From NCBI GenBank assembly GCA_045626925.1, contig JAZUQZ010000029.1:94479-158478 (forward strand): a DNA stretch of 64,000 nt. The letters run 5' to 3'. This DNA comes from Candidatus Aphodoplasma sp. (GTDB lineage Bacteria; Bacillota; Clostridia; UBA1381; UMGS1253). The notes beneath the pieces were generated by a model, which did no database searches, had not been told where the DNA came from, and saw only the letters and a program-made list of their open reading frames with translations. The position numbers and the translations under genes are program-made. Of the stretch, positions 1 to 8,544 are shown in pieces; position 1 is the first letter of the stretch; each line of letters opens with the position of its first letter.

Positions 1-1317
1 TTCTGTGCGCTTTAAAATATATTCGCGGTTAAGATTACGAAGCTTTATATCAGCGATATATTCTGCCTGCACCTCGTCAATATCAAACCCTTTCATAAGA
101 TTTGGAACAACCATATTCTCAAGCTCTGTATGGCGGATAATACTTACGGCTTTGTCAATGTCTAAAAGTATTTTTGCAAGTCCTTCTAACAGATGAAGTC
201 TGTCAGATTTTTTTTCTATATCAAAGGCAAGACGCCTTTTTACACATGTTATGCGAAAACGCACCCATTCACCAAGGATGCCTCTTACGCCGAGCACAAC
301 CGGTCTGCTGTCTATAAGAAGATTGAAATTGCACGAAAAAGTGTCTTCGAGCGTTGTGAGCCTGAAAAGGCGTGTCATAAGCTTATCCGGGTCTGTGCCA
401 CGCTTTAAATCAAGCGTGATTTTGAGTCCGCCCTTATCCGTTTCGTCACGCACATCGGAAATTTCTCTGAGTTTGCCTGCTTTTATAAGTTCGACGAGCT
501 TGTCGATAATAACCTCTGATGTGGTTGTGTATGGAATTTCGGTAATTTCGATACAGTTGTTTTTCTTATCATAATTATAGACAGAGCGAAGCTTGAAGCT
601 GCCGCGTCCTGTTTCAAAAATTTTGTGCATTTCTTCTTCCTCATAAAGAAGTGTTGCGCCCGTTGGAAAGTCAGGTGCTTTTATATATTGTGTCAAATCC
701 ACATCCGGATTTTTCATATATTCGACCGTCGCCTCACACATTTCACGAAGGTTGAAGCTTGCAATATTTGATGCCATACCAACGGCTATGCCCTGATTTG
801 GATTTATTAAAATATTTGGGAATGCAGTCGGCAGAAGTGTTGGTTCCTTTAATGTGGCGTCATAATTATCAACAAAATCGACAGTGTTTTTATCAATATC
901 GCCGAAAATATCACTGCATATAGGGTCAAGCTTAACCTCTGTATAACGCGGAGCGGCAAAAGCCATATCGCGTGAATACTGTTTGCCAAAGTTGCCCTTT
1001 GAATCAACAAATGGATGCAAAAGTGCCTCGTTACTGCGTGTAAGACGCACCATTGTTTCATATATTGCCATATCACCGTGCGGATTAAGCTTCATCGTCT
1101 GCCCGACAACATTTGATGATTTTGTGCGCGCACCACTCATAAGCCCCATCTTATACATCGTATAAAGAAGCTTTCTGTGTGATGGTTTAAAACCATCAAT
1201 TTCCGGTATCGCGCGCGATATAATAACGCTCATCGCATAAGGCATATAGTTTTTTTCAAGAGTTTGTGTAATAGGCTGTTTATAAAAATTTTCGTTTTCT
1301 GTATTAGTTGTTTCCAT
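1..1317 (-). CDS. Type IIA DNA topoisomerase subunit A (GyrA/ParC family), N-terminal 439 codons; the gene runs off the left edge
   Basis: Absent from the ORF track because it has no stop in the window. My translation from ATG 1317..1315 stays open to position 1: METTNTENENFYKQPITQTLEKNYMPYAMSVIISRAIPEIDGFKPSHRKLLY...NPHGDMAIYETMVRL...AAPRYTEVKL (catalytic-Tyr motif). GGAAAGGAGAGAG RBS on the minus strand. It starts 21 nt after the B-subunit stop. Confidence 0.85.
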   Translation of the reverse strand, partial: METTNTENENFYKQPITQTLEKNYMPYAMSVIISRAIPEIDGFKPSHRKLLYTMYKMGLMSGARTKSSNVVGQTMKLNPHGDMAIYETMVRLTRSNEALLHPFVDSKGNFGKQYSRDMAFAAPRYTEVKLDPICSDIFGDIDKNTVDFVDNYDATLKEPTLLPTAFPNILINPNQGIAVGMASNIASFNLREMCEATVEYMKNPDVDLTQYIKAPDFPTGATLLYEEEEMHKIFETGRGSFKLRSVYNYDKKNNCIEITEIPYTTTSEVIIDKLVELIKAGKLREISDVRDETDKGGLKITLDLKRGTDPDKLMTRLFRLTTLEDTFSCNFNLLIDSRPVVLGVRGILGEWVRFRITCVKRRLAFDIEKKSDRLHLLEGLAKILLDIDKAVSIIRHTELENMVVPNLMKGFDIDEVQAEYIADIKLRNLNREYILKRTE

Positions 1318-1338
1318 TTTCTCTCTCCTTTCCACGCG

Positions 1339-3351
1339 TCAGCTCAAGTCTGCAAGGTCGATATAATCGCTTCCGACTTCGGCAATAAAGTCCTTGCGCC
1401 CTGTAAGGTTGTCGCCTAAAAGAAGGTCAAACATCTTTTCGGTCATTTCTGCGTCCTCGGGCTCGACTCTTATAAGCCTTCTCGTTTCGGGGTTCATTGT
1501 TGTCTGCCACATCATTTCCGGCTCATTTTCACCAAGACCCTTTGAACGCTGTATCTTATATTTATCATCTCCAAAGCCTGCAATGATTTGTGCCTTTTCA
1601 GCCTCGGAATAAGCAAAAAATGTATCATTTTTATGAGTAATTTCAAAAAGTGGCGACTCGGCGATATAAACCTTGCCCGCACTTATAAGTGTAGGCACAA
1701 GACGATAAATCATTGTAAGAATAAGTGTCCTTATCTGGAAACCGTCAACATCGGCATCGGTACATATTATTACCTTGTTCCAACGAAGAAGGTCAATGTC
1801 AAACGAGTTAAAATCCTTGTTGTGCTTTGTTGAGATTTCAACGCCACAGCCGAGCACTTTCATAAGGTCTGTTATAATTTCACTTTTAAATATTTTGCCA
1901 TAATCGGCTTTTAAACAGTTTAATATTTTACCACGCACCGGAATAATTGCTTGAAATTCTGCATCACGCCCTTGTTTGCATGCACCAAGAGCCGAATCGC
2001 CCTCAACGATATAAACCTCTCTGCGCGACAAATCTTTTGTCCTGCAATCAACAAATTTTGATACACGATTTGTAACATCGATGCTTCCTGTAAGCTTCTT
2101 TTTGATGCTTACACGCGCTTTTTCTGCCGATTCACGCGAGCGCTTGTTTATAAGTACCTGGTTGGCGATTTTGTCCGCTTCTGCTTTGTTTTCTGTAAAA
2201 TAAACAGTAAGCTGGTTGCGCAAAAACTCCGTCATCGTATCTTGTATAAATTTATTGTTTATTGCTTTTTTTGTTTGGTTTTCATAGCTCGTTTGCGTTG
2301 AAAAAGTGCTTGAAACAAACATAAGTGAATCGCTTACATCAACAAAAGTAATTTTGCTTTCATTTTTTTGATATTTTCCGGTTTGTTTAAGATATTGGTC
2401 TATAGCAGATACAAAGGCGCTTTTTACTGCTTTATCAGGCGAACCGCCGTGTTCAAGAAAACTCGAGTTATGATAATATTCAAGCATTGGTGTTTCATTT
2501 GAAAAACAAAATGCCGTCTGGATTTTTACTTTATATTCGTCTTTATCATCGCGGTCGCGTCCACGGCGTTCTGCTTCGGCATAATGTACATCGGTAAAGT
2601 TTTTTTCGCCACCGCACTCCTTTATATAATCGACTATTCCGCTTTCATAACAAAACTCGTACATATCCATACCTTCGCTCGTTTCGTTATAAAGCGTAAA
2701 TGTCAAATTTGGATTTACAACAGCTTGTTTTTTAAGCGTTTCCATATAATATTCAAGCGGGATATCAATATCTGTGAATACTGCAAGGTCCGGACGCCAG
2801 CGTATCGTTGTGCCGGTTTGTTTAAAGCGTGTAGGCTCTTTATTAAGTCCGCCGATATTCTCGCCTTTTTCAAAGTGAAGCGTATATTTTTGCCCTGCAG
2901 ACAAAACTGTAACATCCATAAATTCTGATGAATATTGCGTTGCACAGCTTCCAAGACCGTTTAGTCCAAGGCTGTATTGATAATTTCCGCCGGAATTATT
3001 GTCATATTTGCCACCGGCATAAAGCTCGCAAAAAACAAGCTCCCAGTTGTAGCGTTCTTCCTTTGGATTATAGTCAACGGGCACACCGCGTCCATGGTCA
3101 GCGACCTCGATTGACTTATCTAAAAAGCGTGTAACTTCAATCCTGTCACCATAGCCTTCTCGTGCTTCGTCAATGGCGTTTGATAAAATTTCAAAAAATG
3201 AATGGCAACAGCCCTCGATTCCATCCGAGCCAAACATTACCGCAGGCCTAAGGCGCACTCTGTCTGCACCTTTAAGCTGTGATATGCTTGTGTTGCCATA
3301 TTGCTCTTTCGATTTAGAGCTTTTATTTATTTGTGTGTTTTTCTCTTCCAT
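1339..3351 (-). CDS. Type IIA DNA topoisomerase subunit B (GyrB/ParE family, divergent paralogue)
   Basis: 670-aa ORF with GHKL ATPase motifs (EILSNAIDEA, GLNGLGS), Toprim motifs EGDSALG and TDADVDG, and a C-terminal QRSKGLGENEPEMMWQTTMNPETRRL. It lies directly upstream of the A-subunit gene. Confidence 0.9.
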   Translation of the reverse strand: MEEKNTQINKSSKSKEQYGNTSISQLKGADRVRLRPAVMFGSDGIEGCCHSFFEILSNAIDEAREGYGDRIEVTRFLDKSIEVADHGRGVPVDYNPKEERYNWELVFCELYAGGKYDNNSGGNYQYSLGLNGLGSCATQYSSEFMDVTVLSAGQKYTLHFEKGENIGGLNKEPTRFKQTGTTIRWRPDLAVFTDIDIPLEYYMETLKKQAVVNPNLTFTLYNETSEGMDMYEFCYESGIVDYIKECGGEKNFTDVHYAEAERRGRDRDDKDEYKVKIQTAFCFSNETPMLEYYHNSSFLEHGGSPDKAVKSAFVSAIDQYLKQTGKYQKNESKITFVDVSDSLMFVSSTFSTQTSYENQTKKAINNKFIQDTMTEFLRNQLTVYFTENKAEADKIANQVLINKRSRESAEKARVSIKKKLTGSIDVTNRVSKFVDCRTKDLSRREVYIVEGDSALGACKQGRDAEFQAIIPVRGKILNCLKADYGKIFKSEIITDLMKVLGCGVEISTKHNKDFNSFDIDLLRWNKVIICTDADVDGFQIRTLILTMIYRLVPTLISAGKVYIAESPLFEITHKNDTFFAYSEAEKAQIIAGFGDDKYKIQRSKGLGENEPEMMWQTTMNPETRRLIRVEPEDAEMTEKMFDLLLGDNLTGRKDFIAEVGSDYIDLADLS

Positions 3352-3538
3352 TGAAAATCTCCATTCTCTTGAAAGCGTAATTATAATAGGAATATATACA
3401 TATCAACTTACTATATATGGTATATCAAAAAAACAAAAAAGTCAAGCGGTAGCGTAAAATATGATATTTCGTTATATAGTCATTATTATGACAAAAGCTT
3501 TATTTTTGATGCAAGATTTAAGTATTTAAAAAAATAGC

Positions 3539-3568
3539 TTGACACAGGTGTGAAAAATGTGTTATCAT
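3539..3568 (+). promoter_or_regulatory. Sigma-A-type promoter candidate for tRNA-Leu
   Basis: TTGACA (3539-3544), 18-nt spacer, TATCAT (3563-3568), about 57 nt upstream of the tRNA. Confidence 0.5.
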
Positions 3569-3625
3569 AATTCGGTAATCATTGTATATGTGATTGATGC
3601 ACAAATATAATGAGCACAAAGCTAT

Positions 3626-3712
3626 GCCGGTGTGATGGAATTGGCAGACGTAGTGGACTCAAAATCCCCCGCCAGCGATGGCGTGCCGGTTCGAGTCCGG
3701 CCACCGGCACCA
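3626..3712 (+). tRNA. tRNA-Leu (anticodon CAA), long variable arm, CCA encoded
   Basis: GCCGGTGTGATGGAATTGGCAGACG...GACTCAAAATCC...GGTTCGAGTCCGGCCACCGGCACCA. The cloverleaf is recognisable, with anticodon loop CTCAAAA and a T-loop GGTTCGAGTCC. Confidence 0.9.
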
Positions 3713-3750
3713 AGTCGAAGCAAAGTTCGCTTTGCTTCGACTTATTTTTT
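3713..3750 (+). terminator. Rho-independent terminator after tRNA-Leu
   Basis: Perfect 13-bp stem AGTCGAAGCAAAG / CTTTGCTTCGACT with a TTCG loop, followed by TATTTTTT. Confidence 0.85.
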
Positions 3751-4114
3751 GCAAATACAAAATTTAAAATTTGATAAAAGCTGTTGATTTTTATAGCAAA
3801 TTTTGATAAAATAAAATGGATTTATGGAGTGATAAAACTTTTACAAATTATAAACGATCTGCTTTTGTTTATTGCGACAATACTTACGCTTGGCGTATTT
3901 TTAGAATATCGACGAGTGAAAGTCATGCACTTATTCTAAAAAAAGAAATATTACGAATATAATATAAAGAGATTTTTTCGATTTGTAAGTTGTAAATAAT
4001 GAATGAGACTAACACAATATGCCATAAAAATGGCGAGTATGCTTGTGAGCATGTTGGCGATTGTGTCAGGATATTAGTAATGAAGAATTCATAATAAATC
4101 AGAGGTAATGTGTG

Positions 4115-4948
4115 ATGGACACAAAAAAGAAGGGACTGTTTAGACTTTTTATATGGCTTTTAGAGGGCATTATTGTCGGCTTTGGTGCGATTATGCCCGG
4201 AATAAGCGGTGGCACGCTTTGCGTGGCGTTTGGTATGTATCGTCCGCTTATGGAGCTTATTTCAAATCCAATAAAAAACTTTTCAAAGCATGCACTTATG
4301 ATTGGTGTTTTTGTAGTTGGTGCGGGGATTGGCTTTGTTGGTTTGTCGGGACTTGCAGGATGGCTTATGCAGATAAACAGCAGTGCGGTCGTGTGCGCAT
4401 TTATCGGATTTATTATCGGTACATTTCCTGAGCTTTGGCGCGATGCGGGTGAGCAAGGGCGCACAAAAAGCTCGTATATATCTATGATTGTCGGTTTTGC
4501 GGCTTTACTTTTGATACTTATTTTGTTAAAAAGCTCAAACATAGCGACAATAGAAGCTAACATATTAAGCTATGCTTTCTGTGGCGTATTATGGGGGTTG
4601 AGTTTTATAGTTCCGGGGTTGAGCTCGTCGACGATGCTTATTTTCTTTGGGCTTTATGGACCGATGCTTGAAGGTATTGCACATTTTGACATGGGAGTGA
4701 TTATACCGCTTGCGATTGGTGCTGTTGTGTGCATGGTATTGTTATCAAATGTGGTAAATACAGCATTTAAAAAATATTTTTCAGCCTTGTCACACTGCAT
4801 TATAGGTATGGTTGCAGCAACGACTATTATGATTTTTCCAAATTGGAGTGTGTTAGGCATTGATGTATTGTATTATGCTATTTGTATAGTTGGCGGTGCA
4901 GCATTTTCATATTGGATGAGCAATGTATGTGCAAAGCTCAAAAAATAA
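4115..4948 (+). CDS. DUF368 family polytopic membrane protein (family linked to undecaprenyl-phosphate translocation)
   Basis: ORF 4112..4948. AGAGGT RBS sits 8 nt before ATG 4115. Multiple hydrophobic helices and the MPGISGGT motif typical of DUF368. Confidence 0.75.
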   Translation: MDTKKKGLFRLFIWLLEGIIVGFGAIMPGISGGTLCVAFGMYRPLMELISNPIKNFSKHALMIGVFVVGAGIGFVGLSGLAGWLMQINSSAVVCAFIGFIIGTFPELWRDAGEQGRTKSSYISMIVGFAALLLILILLKSSNIATIEANILSYAFCGVLWGLSFIVPGLSSSTMLIFFGLYGPMLEGIAHFDMGVIIPLAIGAVVCMVLLSNVVNTAFKKYFSALSHCIIGMVAATTIMIFPNWSVLGIDVLYYAICIVGGAAFSYWMSNVCAKLKK

Positions 4949-4997
4949 TTTGGGTTAATTTTATTTAAAAATATTCCTCAAAAAATTCAAAAAAGAC

Positions 4998-5026
4998 TTT
5001 ACAAGCATAATTTTATGTGGTATAAT
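4998..5026 (+). promoter_or_regulatory. Promoter candidate for tRNA-Gly
   Basis: TTTACA (4998-5003), 17-nt spacer, extended -10 TGGTATAAT (5018-5026). Confidence 0.6.
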
Positions 5027-5046
5027 CATTTTTGTTATTGAGAGAT

Positions 5047-5121
5047 GCGGGAGTGGCTCAGTGGTAGAGCGTCACCTTGCCAAGGTGAACGTCGCGAGTT
5101 CGAATCTCGTCTTCCGCTCCA
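5047..5121 (+). tRNA. tRNA-Gly (anticodon GCC)
   Basis: GCGGGAGTGGCTCAGTGGTAGAGCGTCACCTTGCCAAGGTGAACGTCGCGAGTTCGAATCTCGTCTTCCGCTCCA, with anticodon loop CTTGCCAAG. Confidence 0.9.
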
Positions 5122-5126
5122 AAAAG

Positions 5127-5152
5127 AAGCCGCATTTTAGCGGCTTTTTTTA
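5127..5152 (+). terminator. Rho-independent terminator after tRNA-Gly
   Basis: Stem AAGCCGC / GCGGCTT with loop ATTTTA, then a T-run. Confidence 0.75.
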
Positions 5153-5204
5153 TTCAATGTTGTAATAAATGTTGCCAAAGCAAATATATTTTATCAAAAT
5201 ACTA

Positions 5205-5234
5205 TTGACATAAGATATGTTTGTGCGTTATAAT
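5205..5234 (+). promoter_or_regulatory. Promoter candidate for rpsU-yqeY
   Basis: TTGACA (5205-5210), 18-nt spacer, TATAAT (5229-5234). Confidence 0.6.
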
Positions 5235-5314
5235 ATTTATTACATTTGTTATACCTTGTTCCCGTTTAACAAGGAAACACTATTATGCTTATAGTAGTGG
5301 AGGGAGGGAAGATA

Positions 5315-5491
5315 ATGTCTGAAATCAGAGTGAAGGACAACGAGTCTTTAGATAATGCACTTCGCAGATTTAAGCGTCAATGTGCCAAGTCGGGTGTTTT
5401 GACTGAGATGAGAAAAAGAGAACACTACGAGAAGCCAAGCGTTAAGCGTAAGAAAAAGTCTGAGGCAGCAAGAAAAAGAAAATTTAAGTAA
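5315..5491 (+). CDS. rpsU: 30S ribosomal protein S21
   Basis: 58 aa: [29 protein letters not shown]...[26 protein letters not shown] upstream. This is the internal ATG of track ORF 5285..5491. Confidence 0.92.
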   Translation: MSEIRVKDNESLDNALRRFKRQCAKSGVLTEMRKREHYEKPSVKRKKKSEAARKRKFK

Positions 5492-5505
5492 TTAGGGTGA
5501 AAATG

Positions 5506-5949
5506 ATGAGTTTGAAAGAAACGCTTATGGCGGATTTAAAACTCGCAATGAAAGAAAAAGACACTATTAGAAAAAACACCGTTCAAATGGTACGCAGTGC
5601 TGTGCTCCAATATGAAAAGGATAACAAGGCTGTGCTTGACGATGATGGTGTTATTGGCGTAATTGCAAAAGAGTTGAAGCAAAGACGCGATTCGTTGCCG
5701 GAATTTGAAAAGAGTGGCAGAGAAGATTTGGTAGCAAATCTTAAAAAAGAGATGGAAGTTTTGATGCAATATTTGCCCGAGCAGCTTAGTGAAGATGAGC
5801 TTGGTGATATTATCAAGGCGGCTATCGACGAAACGGGTGCTTCTTCAATTAAGGATATGGGCAAAATCATGGGTATCGTGACCGAAAAGACAAAAGGTCG
5901 CGCAGATGCAAAAATGATTGGTGCCATAGCAAAGAAAATGTTATCTTAA
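5506..5949 (+). CDS. yqeY: GatB/YqeY domain-containing protein
   Basis: MSLKETLMADLKLAMKEKD...VLQYEKD... matches the typical YqeY family. It has the conserved position after rpsU. The start could also be 5497 or 5503. Confidence 0.85.
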   Translation: MSLKETLMADLKLAMKEKDTIRKNTVQMVRSAVLQYEKDNKAVLDDDGVIGVIAKELKQRRDSLPEFEKSGREDLVANLKKEMEVLMQYLPEQLSEDELGDIIKAAIDETGASSIKDMGKIMGIVTEKTKGRADAKMIGAIAKKMLS

Positions 5950-5971
5950 TATTTTAAATCAAATAATATTT

Positions 5972-6010
5972 AAGCAGAGAACCGAATCGGTTCTCTGCTT
6001 TTTATTTTTT
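5972..6010. terminator. Bidirectional terminator between yqeY and tex
   Basis: Stem GCAGAGAACCG / CGGTTCTCTGC with a 3-nt loop, an A-run on the left and a T-run on the right. Confidence 0.8.
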
Positions 6011-8165
6011 ATGCTTGTTGTGGTTTTTTCATTGTAAGTGAGATGCGTTTTTTTTCAACATCGACGCTTATTACATATACATCTACAACATCTCCGACCT
6101 TTAAAACCTCTGATGGATGCTTTATATATCTGTTTGTAATCTGCGAAATGTGCACAAGTCCGTCCTGATGTACGCCAATGTCGACGAATACGCCAAAGTC
6201 TATTACATTTCTTACGGTACCTTTCATTTGCATACCCGGTTTTAAATCCTTCATATCCATAACATCTGTGCGAAGCATTGGCGATGGCAAATCATCGCGC
6301 AAATCGCGTCCCGGTTTTGCAAGCTCTGCGGCAATATCGTTAAGTGTTGGCACGCCGATACCACATTTTTGCGCTGCCTGACTTGCACCGATTTGCTTGA
6401 TTTTATTTGCAATATCAAGCACGCCACCGTTTTCAACATCGGTTTTATCGAGCGAGAACAAGTCGAGGAGCTTTTCTGCTGCTTCGTATGATTCGGGATG
6501 AACGCCCGTATTGTCGAGGACATTTTCCCCGCCCGGTATCCGCAAAAAGCCTGCACATTGTTCGTATGCCTTTGGCCCGAGCTTTGGCACTTTTTTGAGT
6601 TGGGCACGCGACGAAAAGGCACCGTTTTGCTCGCGATAATTAACCACATTTTCTGCGACAGCACTTGATAGACCGGAAACATATGACAAAAGTGATGCGG
6701 ACGCAGTGTTTAAATCGACGCCGACTTTGTTTACACAATCTTCAACAACGCCGCACAAGGTTTCGTCGAGTTGTTTTGGTGGCATATCGTGCTGATATTG
6801 GCCTACGCCGACAGATTTTGGGTCAATTTTTACAAGCTCTGCAAGAGGGTCTTGTAGTCTGCGCGCGATGGAAACTGCACTCCGAAGAGAAACATCAAAA
6901 TCAGGGAACTCTTTCGCCCCAAGCTTTGATGCAGAGTAGACTGATGCACCGGCCTCGTTTACAACCATATATGACACATCGCTCTCAAGCTCGCCAATCA
7001 GCTCGGCAACAAAAATCTCCGACTCCTTTGATGCGGTACCGTTGCCGATAGAAATTACATCGACATTATGTTTTTTAATGAGTGATTTAAGGACTGATTT
7101 TGCTTCGTCGATTTTATTTTGTGGCGGTGTAGGGTAGATAACAGTTGTATCGAGCACCTTGCCTGTAGAGTCAACGACGGCGATTTTGCAACCTGTACGA
7201 TATGCAGGGTCAAGTCCGAGCGTAACCTTGTTTTTTATAGGTGGTTGCATAAGCAGTGCCTTTAGGTTTAAACCAAAAATTTTAATCGCTTGTTCATCTG
7301 CTTTATCAGTAAGTGCGCTGCGTACTTCGCGTTCGAGTGACGGATATATGAGGCGCTTGTATGAATCGGCAATCGCTTCAGCATAAATATCATTTGTAAC
7401 GCTTTTTTCTGTTATAAATAGATTTTCAAGTATTGATATTGCCTTTTGTTCATCAACATCGACGCTTACCTTTAAAAAACCCTCTTTTTCACCACGATTT
7501 ATGGCAAGAATTCTATGTGATACGATTTTGCCGACGGGCTCTGAATATTCATAATACATTTCGTATACTGATGGTTCATCTTTGGCAGCGGAAGCGCTTA
7601 AAAGTGCAGTTTTAAAAAATAACTCACGCAATTGTTGTCTTGCGGTTGCGTCATCTGAAACGATTTCAGCAATTATATCTTTTGCACCATCGATTGCATC
7701 CTGTGGTGTTAAAACTTCCTTTTCTTCATCAACATATTCATTTGCAATCTCAAAAATGTCGCCGCTTTTCATAGATTGGTCAAATATAATTTTTGCAAGA
7801 GGCTCAAGTCCGCGCTCTTTTGCAATAGTGGCACGGGTACGACGCTTTTGTTTGTATGGGCGATATATATCCTCAAGTGTTGCAAGCGTCTGGGCCGCGT
7901 TTATTTGTTCCATAAGCTCATCGGTCATTTTTTCTTGCTCTGTGATTGAGTTTATTATCTCTTCCTTGCGCTTTTCAAGATTACGAAGATAGGTAAGTCT
8001 GTCATTTAGCTCACGCAAAACCTGGTCATCACATGAGCCTGTCATTTCCTTGCGGTAACGCGCAATAAACGGGATGGTATTTCCGTCATCTATGAGCGCA
8101 AGTATATTAGTTGTATGTAATTTTGTAAGGTTAAATTCTTTTGATAAAATTTCTATAATGTTCAT
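6009..8165 (-). CDS. tex: Tex-like transcription accessory protein (YqgF/RuvC-like, HhH and C-terminal S1 domains)
   Basis: 718-aa ORF. N-terminus IPFIARYRKE, C-terminal S1 domain GTVRNVIDFGVFVDIG...GLVHISQI. Confidence 0.92.
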   Translation of the reverse strand: MNIIEILSKEFNLTKLHTTNILALIDDGNTIPFIARYRKEMTGSCDDQVLRELNDRLTYLRNLEKRKEEIINSITEQEKMTDELMEQINAAQTLATLEDIYRPYKQKRRTRATIAKERGLEPLAKIIFDQSMKSGDIFEIANEYVDEEKEVLTPQDAIDGAKDIIAEIVSDDATARQQLRELFFKTALLSASAAKDEPSVYEMYYEYSEPVGKIVSHRILAINRGEKEGFLKVSVDVDEQKAISILENLFITEKSVTNDIYAEAIADSYKRLIYPSLEREVRSALTDKADEQAIKIFGLNLKALLMQPPIKNKVTLGLDPAYRTGCKIAVVDSTGKVLDTTVIYPTPPQNKIDEAKSVLKSLIKKHNVDVISIGNGTASKESEIFVAELIGELESDVSYMVVNEAGASVYSASKLGAKEFPDFDVSLRSAVSIARRLQDPLAELVKIDPKSVGVGQYQHDMPPKQLDETLCGVVEDCVNKVGVDLNTASASLLSYVSGLSSAVAENVVNYREQNGAFSSRAQLKKVPKLGPKAYEQCAGFLRIPGGENVLDNTGVHPESYEAAEKLLDLFSLDKTDVENGGVLDIANKIKQIGASQAAQKCGIGVPTLNDIAAELAKPGRDLRDDLPSPMLRTDVMDMKDLKPGMQMKGTVRNVIDFGVFVDIGVHQDGLVHISQITNRYIKHPSEVLKVGDVVDVYVISVDVEKKRISLTMKKPQQA

Positions 8166-8270
8166 AATTCATCTACTCCTTTACTATAATATTTTATCAT
8201 AAAAAGATGTAAAATCAAATAAAATTTTATATTAAAATACCGCCAATTATTAAAAATCAGCGGTGCTTTG

Positions 8271-8316
8271 TGGAGCTGTCTAGCGGATTCGAACCGCCGA
8301 CCTCTTCCTTGCCAAG
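8271..8316 (-). repeat. Partial tRNA-Thr 3' half (anticodon loop to CCA): att-site direct repeat, displaced chromosomal copy
   Basis: TGGAGCTGTCTAGCGGATTCGAACCGCCGACCTCTTCCTTGCCAAG. There is no 5' half upstream of it. It is followed on the minus strand by a hairpin (8228-8266) that looks like the original tRNA terminator. Confidence 0.85.
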
Positions 8317-8373
8317 TAAATAAAAATATTATAATAACACGGCATATAGCTGCGCTGACTAATTTTTTGACCT

Positions 8374-8544
8374 TTATATGCTGTTTAATGTTGAATTGAG
8401 CAGTGCGGAAGTTGCGTCAATTTTTGTTCTGTCGAAATCGGTATATATATTCATCGTTGTTTCGTAATTTGAATGTCCTAATAGGTATTGTGCGCTCTTT
8501 ATGTCTACGCCAGAGCGGTATAGCAAAAACGCATAAGCAAGAGC
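8374..8544 (-). pseudogene. Tyrosine recombinase / phage integrase, C-terminal stub only (about 48-56 codons plus stop)
   Basis: Minus-strand translation is ...LLYRSGVDIKSAQYLLGHSNYETTMNIYTDFDRTKIDATSALLNSTLNSI*. This carries the conserved LLGH...Y catalytic-Tyr box of tyrosine recombinases. Everything upstream of this box is missing. Confidence 0.7.

Noticed and set aside
5240-5314. 7-bp hairpin CCTTGTT/AACAAGG in the rpsU 5' leader as a possible regulatory element
   Set aside because: It is a single short stem with no recognisable motif and no comparative support available here.
8228-8266. Hairpin upstream of the tRNA-Thr stub as part of the mobile element
   Set aside because: On the minus strand it lies downstream of the stub and has a T-rich tail. 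This fits the original chromosomal tRNA terminator better than element DNA.
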